Shown here piece after piece: positions 37,585 to 45,399 of a stretch of DNA of 45,399 nt (the first letter of the stretch is position 1; every line of letters begins with the position of its first letter). Made by a program: the position numbers and the translations under genes. The notes under the pieces were generated by a model that was not told the DNA's origin, ran no database searches, and saw nothing but the letters and a program-made list of their open reading frames with translations. The stretch lies in the NCBI GenBank assembly GCA_003501565.1, contig DNPC01000822.1, positions 1-45,399 of the forward strand. The letters are read 5' to 3'. The DNA comes from Planctomycetaceae bacterium (lineage in GTDB: Bacteria > Planctomycetota > Planctomycetia > Pirellulales > Pirellulaceae).

Positions 37585-37923
37585 TTACTTGCTTGAGCAG
37601 CTACACGCTTTTAGGCGTTTTGTAGACTCATCGATCTGGTATGCCTCACCGGTCAAAGGGCACCTAGGCACACCGTGGGGGAAGTAGTCAGCGTCGTTCA
37701 GTTTTGCTGTGTCAATAAGTCTCTCACCTGAATTGGCGTAGTAACGCTCAAGCGCCCGGTTGACTTCGGCTACGTGCTGGCCGCACATTTCTTTCTTGGC
37801 CGCTACTCCTGAGATGGATATCCGCGGAAGAGCGACCGCTGCGACGACACCAATAATGGTTACGACCGCCAGCATTTCGAGCAGCGTGATGCCGCATCTG
37901 ATATGAGGTTTGCGCGTGTTCAT
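37585..37923 (-). CDS. Type IV pilin/pseudopilin (prepilin N-terminal cleavage/methylation motif)
   Basis: G|ITLLEMLAVVTIIGVVAAVALP; PRCPLTGEAY; ATG 37923 overlaps the upstream stop (ATGA). Confidence 0.92.
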   Translation of the reverse strand: MNTRKPHIRCGITLLEMLAVVTIIGVVAAVALPRISISGVAAKKEMCGQHVAEVNRALERYYANSGERLIDTAKLNDADYFPHGVPRCPLTGEAYQIDESTKRLKACSCSSK

Positions 37924-40900
37924 TGTGCTTGTTCTGCCCACTCAAGTACGCGAAGCGAGCCAGCATTCTCCATGAATTCGTAGGCTCCCATCTCGAATTG
38001 CCGAAAACTCGGGCGGGCGTTCCCTTCGATATCCGTTGACGCAATCGCCGACAGATCCTGACCGGAATTGATAGCCGGGGATCCGGCGGCTAGATGAAGA
38101 TCGCCCTGCGTGGCGTTGACAAAAATCGGTTGCTTCTCAATTTCGTGCAACGACTGCGTTGCGTTGTAATACGACAGTCGGTCGCCGTTAATCAGGTTGT
38201 AATCGTGAGTTGCCGTTAGCGACTGGCTACGCTGGTACAAACCGTACTGACGAGAATCCACTATCGTGTTGCGCAGTTCAAGAGTTCCACCGTGGTGATA
38301 GATTCCCCTGCCCTGAATGTTACCAAACGTGGACTGTAAAATCCGGTTTTCACCCCCATAGCAGTACGCCCCATAGAAGCCACCGCTGACGGCACAATTG
38401 ATGAGTTCTCCCTTTTCGGCAGCGAGGTATACGCCCTGCCTGGAGTTCAACTTCGCACGCACTAGTTTCACGCTACCTCGACGCCAGCTACCTGCCCAGT
38501 TCCCAGAGCCTTTGACGTCAAGACCGACATGCAGGCTGTTGCAATTGTCGCTGTATATGCCAGAAGTTTTCGAATTGAGTAGAGTGATATTGTTGGACTC
38601 GATATCCATGTCGCGGCTGTAAAGTCCATAGGTCCCAGCGTCAACTTCAGTGTCGCGAATATGAGCCTTGGCAACTATGTTGCGGCGCCCCCGTACATAG
38701 ACACCCATTGTCCGTGGCTGCATTCGACAGTTTTCGATCTCTAGAGTAGCTTTCTCGATGGGTGTAAAGAAAATTGAATAATTGGAGTTTGTAAACTGGG
38801 AGTTCAGGATTTTGCTGTTCTTACCATACAGCAGTACGCCATAGGTCTTTGCTCCGATGTTGCAGCTATCGACGGTCGCACCGCCGTAATAGGCATATAG
38901 GCCATAGCTATTTGTTTCGTCGATATCGGTTCCGTTGAGCTCTATCTCGCCGCGAATCGATGTGCATGCGATAAGGTTGTTTTTGAATGAAATTCGCGAG
39001 TCCTTGGTGATTTGAGTGTTTTCGTATTCCGTCCTCAACGCATATCTACAATTTTGAAATGATAGTCCTTGTACGTGCTCGGGCGTCACGGGGAATCGCA
39101 CCGTTCGCACGCCGATTGATGGACCATCTATCAAACAGTCACGTAAATTGAACTCGACGGGTGCAGCTCTGTTGTACAGGTACATTCCGTACTGTGATCC
39201 GCGAAGCTCAAGTCCACTGGCGTCAAAACGATCGGTGTAATAACACATCACGTCTCGTGCATTATCCAAGGAGACATCCCTGAGAATTACCTCTTTGTTC
39301 GCCTCAAAATACAGACCAGAGTGTTCAAAGTCTTTCGCGGAGCAATTGTTGACAACGATACGATCGAGGCGACGAGCGACCACCATTTGGTAGCCGGAAA
39401 TGCAGTGAACGTTGTCAATCGACAAGGTTCCATACTGGGCGGAAAAGCCTAGCCTGGCCTGAAGTTTGATCCCGTTTGCGTTTAGATTTGTCTGAGTCGA
39501 TACAATGCCATAGTTTGCGTCGGTGATAGTGATGTTATCGCCTTCACCGAGACTCAAACTACCATTTCTGACATTGAGTGCGTGTTGTGTCTGGTGGGAA
39601 AGCGCAACACTTCTCATTGCACCCCGACCGTTATTGTCAAGGAGATCCAGCCGAATACCGAAATCGCCGCCACGTATTTCAATTCCGCGGATCGTCGCGT
39701 CGCCTGTTGCAAGCTGTAAACCTGTAGCACCAGCTTCGCTCAGCAGACTTGTGGTGACGTTTTCAACCGAGGTCCGTTTTCCACTGGTATGCACGATTGC
39801 TCGATGGCAACTTGTGAATTGGCTGTTTCCGACGTCGAGCGTACCGACATTGGCGACGATGCCTGTGCGGTTCGATGTTGAGACAATATTGCTTAGTTTT
39901 GCAGATTTGTCTGCGGATCGCTGGTCAATCAAGACCGCCGTTTGGTTGTCGCGAAATTCACAACCGCGAAAATCTAGTTCGATATCAGTCGACTTGGAGC
40001 CTACTCGAAATCCTGTATTGTTCTCGCCGAGTTCTATGCCGCTAGCTCGCAGTCCTTTGGGGCCGTCGAGTGTGATACCGTAGTAAAACTCGTTTGCCAC
40101 GCAGTTGCTTAGGCTCGGTTGCGCTTCGCCCAAAACCAATAGACCACTACCAACCTTGCCTGTGCCTCCGGTCAATGTGACATTTCGTGCATCGATTCTT
40201 TCCGCCTCGAGCCGGATGCCATCAGTGAATCCCTTCACGGAGACACCACTCAGGGTAATCCACTGCGTGTCACTACAGATTACTCCTCCGTTCTGGCTGC
40301 CTTCGATGTTGCATTCGAGCAGGAGACAGTTGACAACACCAGCATTCGTCACCGCCCAAGTAGATGAGTTGTCTTGCGGCTGGACGATATTGGTCCTCAA
40401 CAGTCGGACGTTGTCAATTGTTCTGTTGGATATTGGGCGGTGGCAGTTAGCAAACGTGCTCTGGTTCACGTAGCTTGTTGTGCAATTTGATACGTCAGCC
40501 GCGTAGTGGCAGTTCTTGAAGTTGTTTCGGTATCCGTAGTAATACCCGCATCTGGATGCGACGACGCCAGACCACAGATCGTCAAATTCGCACTCACGGG
40601 CGTACACATAGGATGTCAGACTACTGGCTTCAATTCCGCGGCCCTGACCTCCCGCGATTGCTGATTGGAAGGCGATCGATGCGACATATAGAGATCGGGC
40701 ATTCCTGATGGAAAGCGCATAGCGATTGTTATTGCTTTTGAAGACGACTTTTCCAGCATCGCCGGTTCGGGTACCGTCTTTATCGCCAATAATGATGATA
40801 CGCGAGCCTGGCATGGATCGCGTTACGTCAACTAGGTATTCACCAGCGCCCACGATGATGTAGGGCGTACTACTGGCCTGGAGTGCTCGGTCGATCGTGG

Positions 40901-41048
40901 CAAATGCTTGACTCGCCGATGTACCGGAGTTGTCGTCGTCACCACTTGTCCTGACATAGAATGTCTGGGCACTGCCGTTTGTTATCAGTACGGAGATGAC
41001 AAGAGCTACTGAAAGGAAAGCTGATCGCCTAATAGATTCGGATCTCAT
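37920..41048 (-). CDS. Large secreted right-handed parallel beta-helix repeat protein
   Basis: Signal peptide; FYVRTSGDDDNSGTSASQAFATIDRAL; many xxNxx/YGxY beta-helix repeats; C-terminal PIFVN...GDLHLAAGSPAINSG...DIEGNARP...MGAYE. Confidence 0.88.
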   Translation of the reverse strand: MRSESIRRSAFLSVALVISVLITNGSAQTFYVRTSGDDDNSGTSASQAFATIDRALQASSTPYIIVGAGEYLVDVTRSMPGSRIIIIGDKDGTRTGDAGKVVFKSNNNRYALSIRNARSLYVASIAFQSAIAGGQGRGIEASSLTSYVYARECEFDDLWSGVVASRCGYYYGYRNNFKNCHYAADVSNCTTSYVNQSTFANCHRPISNRTIDNVRLLRTNIVQPQDNSSTWAVTNAGVVNCLLLECNIEGSQNGGVICSDTQWITLSGVSVKGFTDGIRLEAERIDARNVTLTGGTGKVGSGLLVLGEAQPSLSNCVANEFYYGITLDGPKGLRASGIELGENNTGFRVGSKSTDIELDFRGCEFRDNQTAVLIDQRSADKSAKLSNIVSTSNRTGIVANVGTLDVGNSQFTSCHRAIVHTSGKRTSVENVTTSLLSEAGATGLQLATGDATIRGIEIRGGDFGIRLDLLDNNGRGAMRSVALSHQTQHALNVRNGSLSLGEGDNITITDANYGIVSTQTNLNANGIKLQARLGFSAQYGTLSIDNVHCISGYQMVVARRLDRIVVNNCSAKDFEHSGLYFEANKEVILRDVSLDNARDVMCYYTDRFDASGLELRGSQYGMYLYNRAAPVEFNLRDCLIDGPSIGVRTVRFPVTPEHVQGLSFQNCRYALRTEYENTQITKDSRISFKNNLIACTSIRGEIELNGTDIDETNSYGLYAYYGGATVDSCNIGAKTYGVLLYGKNSKILNSQFTNSNYSIFFTPIEKATLEIENCRMQPRTMGVYVRGRRNIVAKAHIRDTEVDAGTYGLYSRDMDIESNNITLLNSKTSGIYSDNCNSLHVGLDVKGSGNWAGSWRRGSVKLVRAKLNSRQGVYLAAEKGELINCAVSGGFYGAYCYGGENRILQSTFGNIQGRGIYHHGGTLELRNTIVDSRQYGLYQRSQSLTATHDYNLINGDRLSYYNATQSLHEIEKQPIFVNATQGDLHLAAGSPAINSGQDLSAIASTDIEGNARPSFRQFEMGAYEFMENAGSLRVLEWAEQAQ

Positions 41049-41174
41049 GTGGGATTCTCTTGTAGTGTGTCCGGGAACTTATACAGGGCAATTAAACAGC
41101 TGTTAGCTTGCATTCGATTTCATGCGAAATCAGATTACACCGCGCCGCGAGCACGCAGCCGTGCGAAACCTGAG

Positions 41175-41972
41175 TTATGGAAAATCGTTTGCAGGCAGAT
41201 CTAGATCGGGCATGTCAATGTCAGGGAGCTCAATCTCAGGGATCTCAATTTCCGGTAACTCGATCTCGGGCAGCTTTATCTCGGGAAGATCTAGATCCGG
41301 AAGTTCAGCACTTGGCAGACGATCAATCGAGCGTGCGTTCTGCTGCTGCCGATAAGTATTGTTATTGGTGCGAGAGAAAGGATTCGCCGCCGATGATTGC
41401 CGTTGGCCACTAGGCCGATACGGTACCTGGGCGTTTGTAGAGGCTTGTTGTACGAGTGCTAGAGACCAGCGTTCGCGGCCTTGTTGAAGTCGAACTGTGC
41501 GATCATCAATCGATAGCAATTCAATGCCACCATACTTTTCGCCTGCCGACAGATAGGCCAGTTCGCCTTCGATCTTCAAGATAGCCTTGGTTTCAGATTC
41601 TTCACCTGTCAGTGTAACGACGCCAAGGAATTTGACGTTCGCTCTTCCCTGCGGTGCCTCTGCTGTATTGCTTTGCACCTCCGTCGTATTGGGTGGCATA
41701 AAGAATAGATCGTCTTTGTTAAGCGGAGTCACCCAGTGTTCCGGAAGGGTTTCGGCGCTGACGAAACGCGAGACTTTGGTTTCAGATTGAGTGCTTGAGC
41801 GTTCGGAAGTGATAGCCGCAGCATTTTCAGAAACATGATTTGCCGTTTGAGAGACAGGCGTTTCTGTCGGTTTACCACATCCAATCAACGTTAACGCAAC
41901 CAGTAGCGGCATGATTTGCAAACGATAGTTCAGCCTGCAGGTAAATGCAGGTTTAGTCACTTGGCTGGGCAT
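41175..41972 (-). CDS. Lipoprotein with a GspC-HR/PilP-like beta domain and a C-terminal acidic pentapeptide repeat
   Basis: Lipobox LTLIGC; VKFLGVV...KAILKIEG..AYLSAGEKYGGIELLSIDDRTVRLQ; tail ELPDL-DLPEI-KLPEI-ELPEI-EIPEI. Confidence 0.65.
   Translation of the reverse strand: MPSQVTKPAFTCRLNYRLQIMPLLVALTLIGCGKPTETPVSQTANHVSENAAAITSERSSTQSETKVSRFVSAETLPEHWVTPLNKDDLFFMPPNTTEVQSNTAEAPQGRANVKFLGVVTLTGEESETKAILKIEGELAYLSAGEKYGGIELLSIDDRTVRLQQGRERWSLALVQQASTNAQVPYRPSGQRQSSAANPFSRTNNNTYRQQQNARSIDRLPSAELPDLDLPEIKLPEIELPEIEIPEIELPDIDMPDLDLPANDFP
41193..41306 (-). repeat. Degenerate 15-bp coding tandem repeat, (E/D/K)-(L/I/M)-P-(E/D)-(I/L), about 7.5 copies
   Basis: ELPDLDLPEIKLPEIELPEIEIPEIELPDIDMPDLDLP. 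Confidence 0.8.
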
Positions 41973-42240
41973 GGAATGTCTCGTGTTAGGGAAACAAGGT
42001 TCTCACATCGGTGGCTAATTCACTTGTAAACCTAGGTCGAACGACAGCCGGAAGTGGGTTCTGGTCCTACACTTGTAGAGGGGCAAAAGAGTAATTCAAT
42101 CCAGTAGTGACGATTCTTCCGGTTGTTTTGAAACCGGTTTGACGATTCACGAAACGCGTACTACGTTTCCGGGTCAGACTTGCATAGCCCGAGCAGCTGA
42201 TCTCGTTTCTGTATCCTTGGATCACCGTGAGCTGCCGACT

Positions 42241-42651
42241 ATGAGCAAACATCGTGTCTTCATTTTCATGTCAGAGCCCGTTGTTGGTGAATTGACTGAG
42301 TTTCGTTTGCGACTGTTGGATTTAGAGCCAATTGTCCTCAGCAGCAATGAAGAACTGGAATCTGAGTTAGAGAACGGTCTGCCAAGCCTCTTCATGCTAG
42401 ATCTTGATCTGGCTGAAACCGATACGACGCAGCTTATTGAGAAGCTGGCAAGTGACGAAATTACGTCGCGAATTCCCATACTGTGCGTGTCACGTGAGGG
42501 AGACATGGGTGAGGCTGAACGCGCCTATCAAGCCGGCGCACGAGATTTCTTGGTCATTCCTTACGATCCACTCGTTCTTGAGCGAAAGGTGTTGCGCACT
42601 TTGGAGAGCTTGGGAGCTCCCGTTAGTGAGCAGCAAGGGATATCTCTTTAA
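42241..42651 (+). CDS. Stand-alone response-regulator receiver domain (atypical)
   Basis: PSLFMLDLDL, IPILCVS, AYQAGARDFLVIPYDP; ATG at 42241. Confidence 0.85.
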   Translation: MSKHRVFIFMSEPVVGELTEFRLRLLDLEPIVLSSNEELESELENGLPSLFMLDLDLAETDTTQLIEKLASDEITSRIPILCVSREGDMGEAERAYQAGARDFLVIPYDPLVLERKVLRTLESLGAPVSEQQGISL

Positions 42652-42721
42652 CCAACCGCACTGGATTGGCAGGTCTCGCTTTTGCAGGACCGATTCGAAC
42701 AACTCCATAAAGTGAACAGCA

Positions 42722-44416
42722 ATGGCTAAACGGCTCGGCGACATCATCATCGAACGCGGTTGGCTCACTCAAGATCAGCTCGAGCAGGCTTTCGAGGAGC
42801 ACAAAAAGGTAGGAATGCAGCTTGGCAGCTACCTGTTACACCGCAGCCTACTGGATCGTGATCAACTCGGTGCAGCCCTATCGGAACAGTATGAAACGCC
42901 GTTTGAAACACTGTCTGCAGATAAAGTGCACCCACAGCTCGCGAGGCTTCTGCCCGAATCATTTGCCCGACGCAGAAAGATAGTTCCGATCACCGTCAGC
43001 GGAACCTCGCTCTATCTTGGTATGGTCTGGCCAGGGGATATGGAAGCGATCAGTGAAACGGAATTGATGACTGGCTATGAGGTCGAAGCCGCAATTTGTT
43101 TATCCGATGAAGTAGACGAAATCCTTGACATCGCTTTCGACAATCGAACTACCGCGCGACAGACTGCGATCGATATTCGGTATGAGGAAATGCGTAACAG
43201 CAGCGATGCTGAACTTGTTGACGAGGAACAGGAGGTCGATTCAGACGCACCGGTTGTTCGATTAGTTCAGTCAATATTGATGGGGGCGGTACATGCCGGA
43301 GCGAGCGATATTCACCTCGAACCGCATCATCCACAAATGCGAATTCGGTATCGCGTCGATGGACAAATGCAGCAAGTGATGACGGTGCCAAGTCACTCGG
43401 AGTCGGCTGTAATTGGTCGTATCAAAGTGCTGGCAGACCTAGATACGGCTGAAACAAGGCGTCCACAAGATGGGAACCTAACCATTGAAGAGGGCAGCAC
43501 GCGAGCCAGCTTCCGGGTGAGTGTGATACCTTGTGTCCGCGGTGAAAAGATAGTGATGCGGGTTCTGGATGAGTCTAGCAAGACCTTCAGTTTCGATGCA
43601 CTTGGAATGCCGACAGGCCAAGTGGAACGCATGCGAACGTTGCTCGATCGACCGCATGGGATGATCGTGATGACCGGGCCAACTGGCTCGGGTAAGACAA
43701 CAACGATGTACTCGATGCTGTGTAGTATTGATTCATCGGACCGCAACATTTCAACGATTGAGGATCCTGTCGAGTTTCGACTGCCTGGTATCAACCAAGT
43801 TCAAGCCAACAACGAATTTGGCATGGGATTCGCAAACGGGTTGAAGTACCTGATGCGACAGGATCCTGACGTGATTTTGGTTGGTGAAATCCGGGATCAT
43901 GAAACGGCGACAACCAGCGTTCAGGCTGCACTTACCGGACACTTGTTAATCAGCACGCTCCACACCAACGATGCTGTGGGCACCATCGCTCGATTAGCCG
44001 ACCTTGGTTTGGACAACTTCAAGATTGCCGGTGCGCTGGTCGCAGCGGTGGCTCAACGCCTATTGCGGAAGCTCTGCCCACACTGCCGCAAGCCTTGCGA
44101 ACTTAATCAAAAGCTGGTTGAGTTGATGTTTGAAGGCCGCGAGATCCCGGCTGAAGTGGATCAAACTGCAACGTACTACGCCGCTGGCGGATGTGATCGG
44201 TGCGGAGGAACGGGCTATTCGGGACGTTTGCCAATCTACGAAATTATGGCAGTCACGCCGACCGTCGAGAAGGCGATCGAAGCCGGTTTGCCAGCTTCAA
44301 AAATTCGTGAATTGTGCGTGTCGGAAGGCATGGTCGAGCTGGCTGTTGGTGGCCTCGAGCAGGCTAAGGCAGGATTGACCAGTGTGGAAGAAGTCTACTT
44401 CAAACTGACTGGTTGA
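42722..44416 (+). CDS. GspE/PilB-family secretion/pilus assembly ATPase
   Basis: N-terminal RLGDII (MshEN-like), ASDIHLEP, RRPQDG, GPTGSGKTTT, TIEDPVE, MRQDPDVILVGEIRD, STLHTND, CPHC...GCDRC. Confidence 0.96.
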   Translation: MAKRLGDIIIERGWLTQDQLEQAFEEHKKVGMQLGSYLLHRSLLDRDQLGAALSEQYETPFETLSADKVHPQLARLLPESFARRRKIVPITVSGTSLYLGMVWPGDMEAISETELMTGYEVEAAICLSDEVDEILDIAFDNRTTARQTAIDIRYEEMRNSSDAELVDEEQEVDSDAPVVRLVQSILMGAVHAGASDIHLEPHHPQMRIRYRVDGQMQQVMTVPSHSESAVIGRIKVLADLDTAETRRPQDGNLTIEEGSTRASFRVSVIPCVRGEKIVMRVLDESSKTFSFDALGMPTGQVERMRTLLDRPHGMIVMTGPTGSGKTTTMYSMLCSIDSSDRNISTIEDPVEFRLPGINQVQANNEFGMGFANGLKYLMRQDPDVILVGEIRDHETATTSVQAALTGHLLISTLHTNDAVGTIARLADLGLDNFKIAGALVAAVAQRLLRKLCPHCRKPCELNQKLVELMFEGREIPAEVDQTATYYAAGGCDRCGGTGYSGRLPIYEIMAVTPTVEKAIEAGLPASKIRELCVSEGMVELAVGGLEQAKAGLTSVEEVYFKLTG

Positions 44417-44543
44417 TTTAGGCAGGTTGCCTGTGGACTGACGTCAACCGCTAACCAATCAATCACTGAAAATCAATTGAATGAACCCGAGGGAAACGGA
44501 TGCAGGATCGGCGTGATCCTGTAGCTGCGTCGCGAATACGAGA

Positions 44544-45399
44544 ATGCAACTGATGAGATCTGCTGAAGCTACACAAGAAACAGGACCAGGCATCATTGCC
44601 AAACTTCAAAGCATCAAAATCAGCGGCGGAGGTGGCGAGAAAGTCAAGAAGAAGGACTTGGTTAGAATCCTGGCCAATATCAGTACGCTCATAAGCAATG
44701 GCGTGTCAATATCACATGCCCTTGAGACGGTTTACGCCGATCCGGCCTACAAAAAATACAAAGCGATGCTGCGAAAGATTGCTGAAACCGTTAAGGGAGG
44801 CGGCAAACTTTCCGCGGCCCTGAAGCAGTTTCCCACTGTGTTTCCGGCATTGTTGGTTCATCAGGTGCAAGTTGGCGAAAAAGCTGGCACTATTCAGGTT
44901 ACGCTCGGCAGAATTGTTGAGCAGCTTGAGGACTCTTCAAAGATGAAGTCATTTATCATCAAGAAATTGACTTACCCCTGCCTGCTCGTGATCGCAGGAA
45001 TTGGTTCGGTGACTTTCATGATGATGTGCGTGATTCCAACATTTCAAAAGATGTACGAAGAATCCGGAGCCACCTTGCCGTGGATTACCGAGGTGTTGAT
45101 AAGCGTTTCTGCATTTGTACAGGAATACGGTGTCGCAACGGGCGTGGCATTAGCAGTTTCAGTTTGCGCCGTGGTGGCAGCAATGAAGAACCCAGTTTCC
45201 CGGTTGTGGATTGATTGCAACATCCTCAAGGTCCCAATGCTCGGTAAGTGGTTGCGGGATCTAGCCATTCTGCAGTTCGCTGAAACGCTGGGGAACCTTT
45301 TGGATTCAGGATTTACACTTGTCGACGCGCTGCCTGCGGCGTCGCGGAGTGTCTCGAATCGGTACATGCAAATGCGATTGCTTGGATTGCATATCGCGC
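44544..45399 (+). CDS. GspF/PilC-family inner-membrane platform protein (truncated by the window end)
   Basis: Translated by hand: ...TLISNGVSISHALE...GGKLSAALKQFPTVFP..LVHQVQVGEKAGTI...KKLTYP; no stop before the end; start 44544 or 44553. Confidence 0.92.
   Translation, partial: MQLMRSAEATQETGPGIIAKLQSIKISGGGGEKVKKKDLVRILANISTLISNGVSISHALETVYADPAYKKYKAMLRKIAETVKGGGKLSAALKQFPTVFPALLVHQVQVGEKAGTIQVTLGRIVEQLEDSSKMKSFIIKKLTYPCLLVIAGIGSVTFMMMCVIPTFQKMYEESGATLPWITEVLISVSAFVQEYGVATGVALAVSVCAVVAAMKNPVSRLWIDCNILKVPMLGKWLRDLAILQFAETLGNLLDSGFTLVDALPAASRSVSNRYMQMRLLGLHIA

Noticed and set aside
41193-41306. CRISPR-like array
   Set aside because: Degenerate in-frame coding repeat with no spacers; no CRISPR array, tRNA or rRNA seen in the window
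37585-45399. T2SS/T4P cluster as the export route for the CIS
   Set aside because: It lies outside the intron-bounded island; adjacency is explained by the insertion site

Overview
Planctomycete-like (Pirellulaceae-like) chromosomal window in three parts. (1) 1-12.4 kb is ordinary housekeeping and envelope DNA: a TolC-like lipoprotein, a Tat-exported protein, a small Lys/Ala-rich protein missed by the ORF track, miaA, hisE-hisG, a PlsC-type acyltransferase and a CaMKII-hub-like protein. (2) ~12.4-37.5 kb is a ~25-kb island bracketed by the two halves of a class C (IIC) group II intron. The 5' ribozyme portion (DI-DII and the start of DIII) lies right after a Rho-independent terminator. The C-terminal half of the RT/maturase plus DV-DVI lies 24 kb downstream. 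A 10-bp direct repeat (GTTTTGTTCA) sits at the outer ends. The enclosed cargo is a highly divergent contractile injection system (gp25, baseplate J- and I-like, TssK-like, sheath with a large insertion, tube, tube-initiator/coiled-coil fusion, VgrG-like hub-spike, tail chaperone, Pvc10/Afp10-like tip, candidate effectors). It also holds a NorQ/CbbQ-like AAA+ and NorD/CbbO-like VWA pair and an HTH-beta-barrel regulator. No integrase or transposase is visible. (3) 37.6 kb to the end is a type II secretion/type IV pilus-like cluster (pilin, beta-helix protein, GspC/PilP-like lipoprotein, atypical receiver, GspE/PilB, GspF/PilC running off the window). All family calls are by-eye motif recognition; no searches were run.
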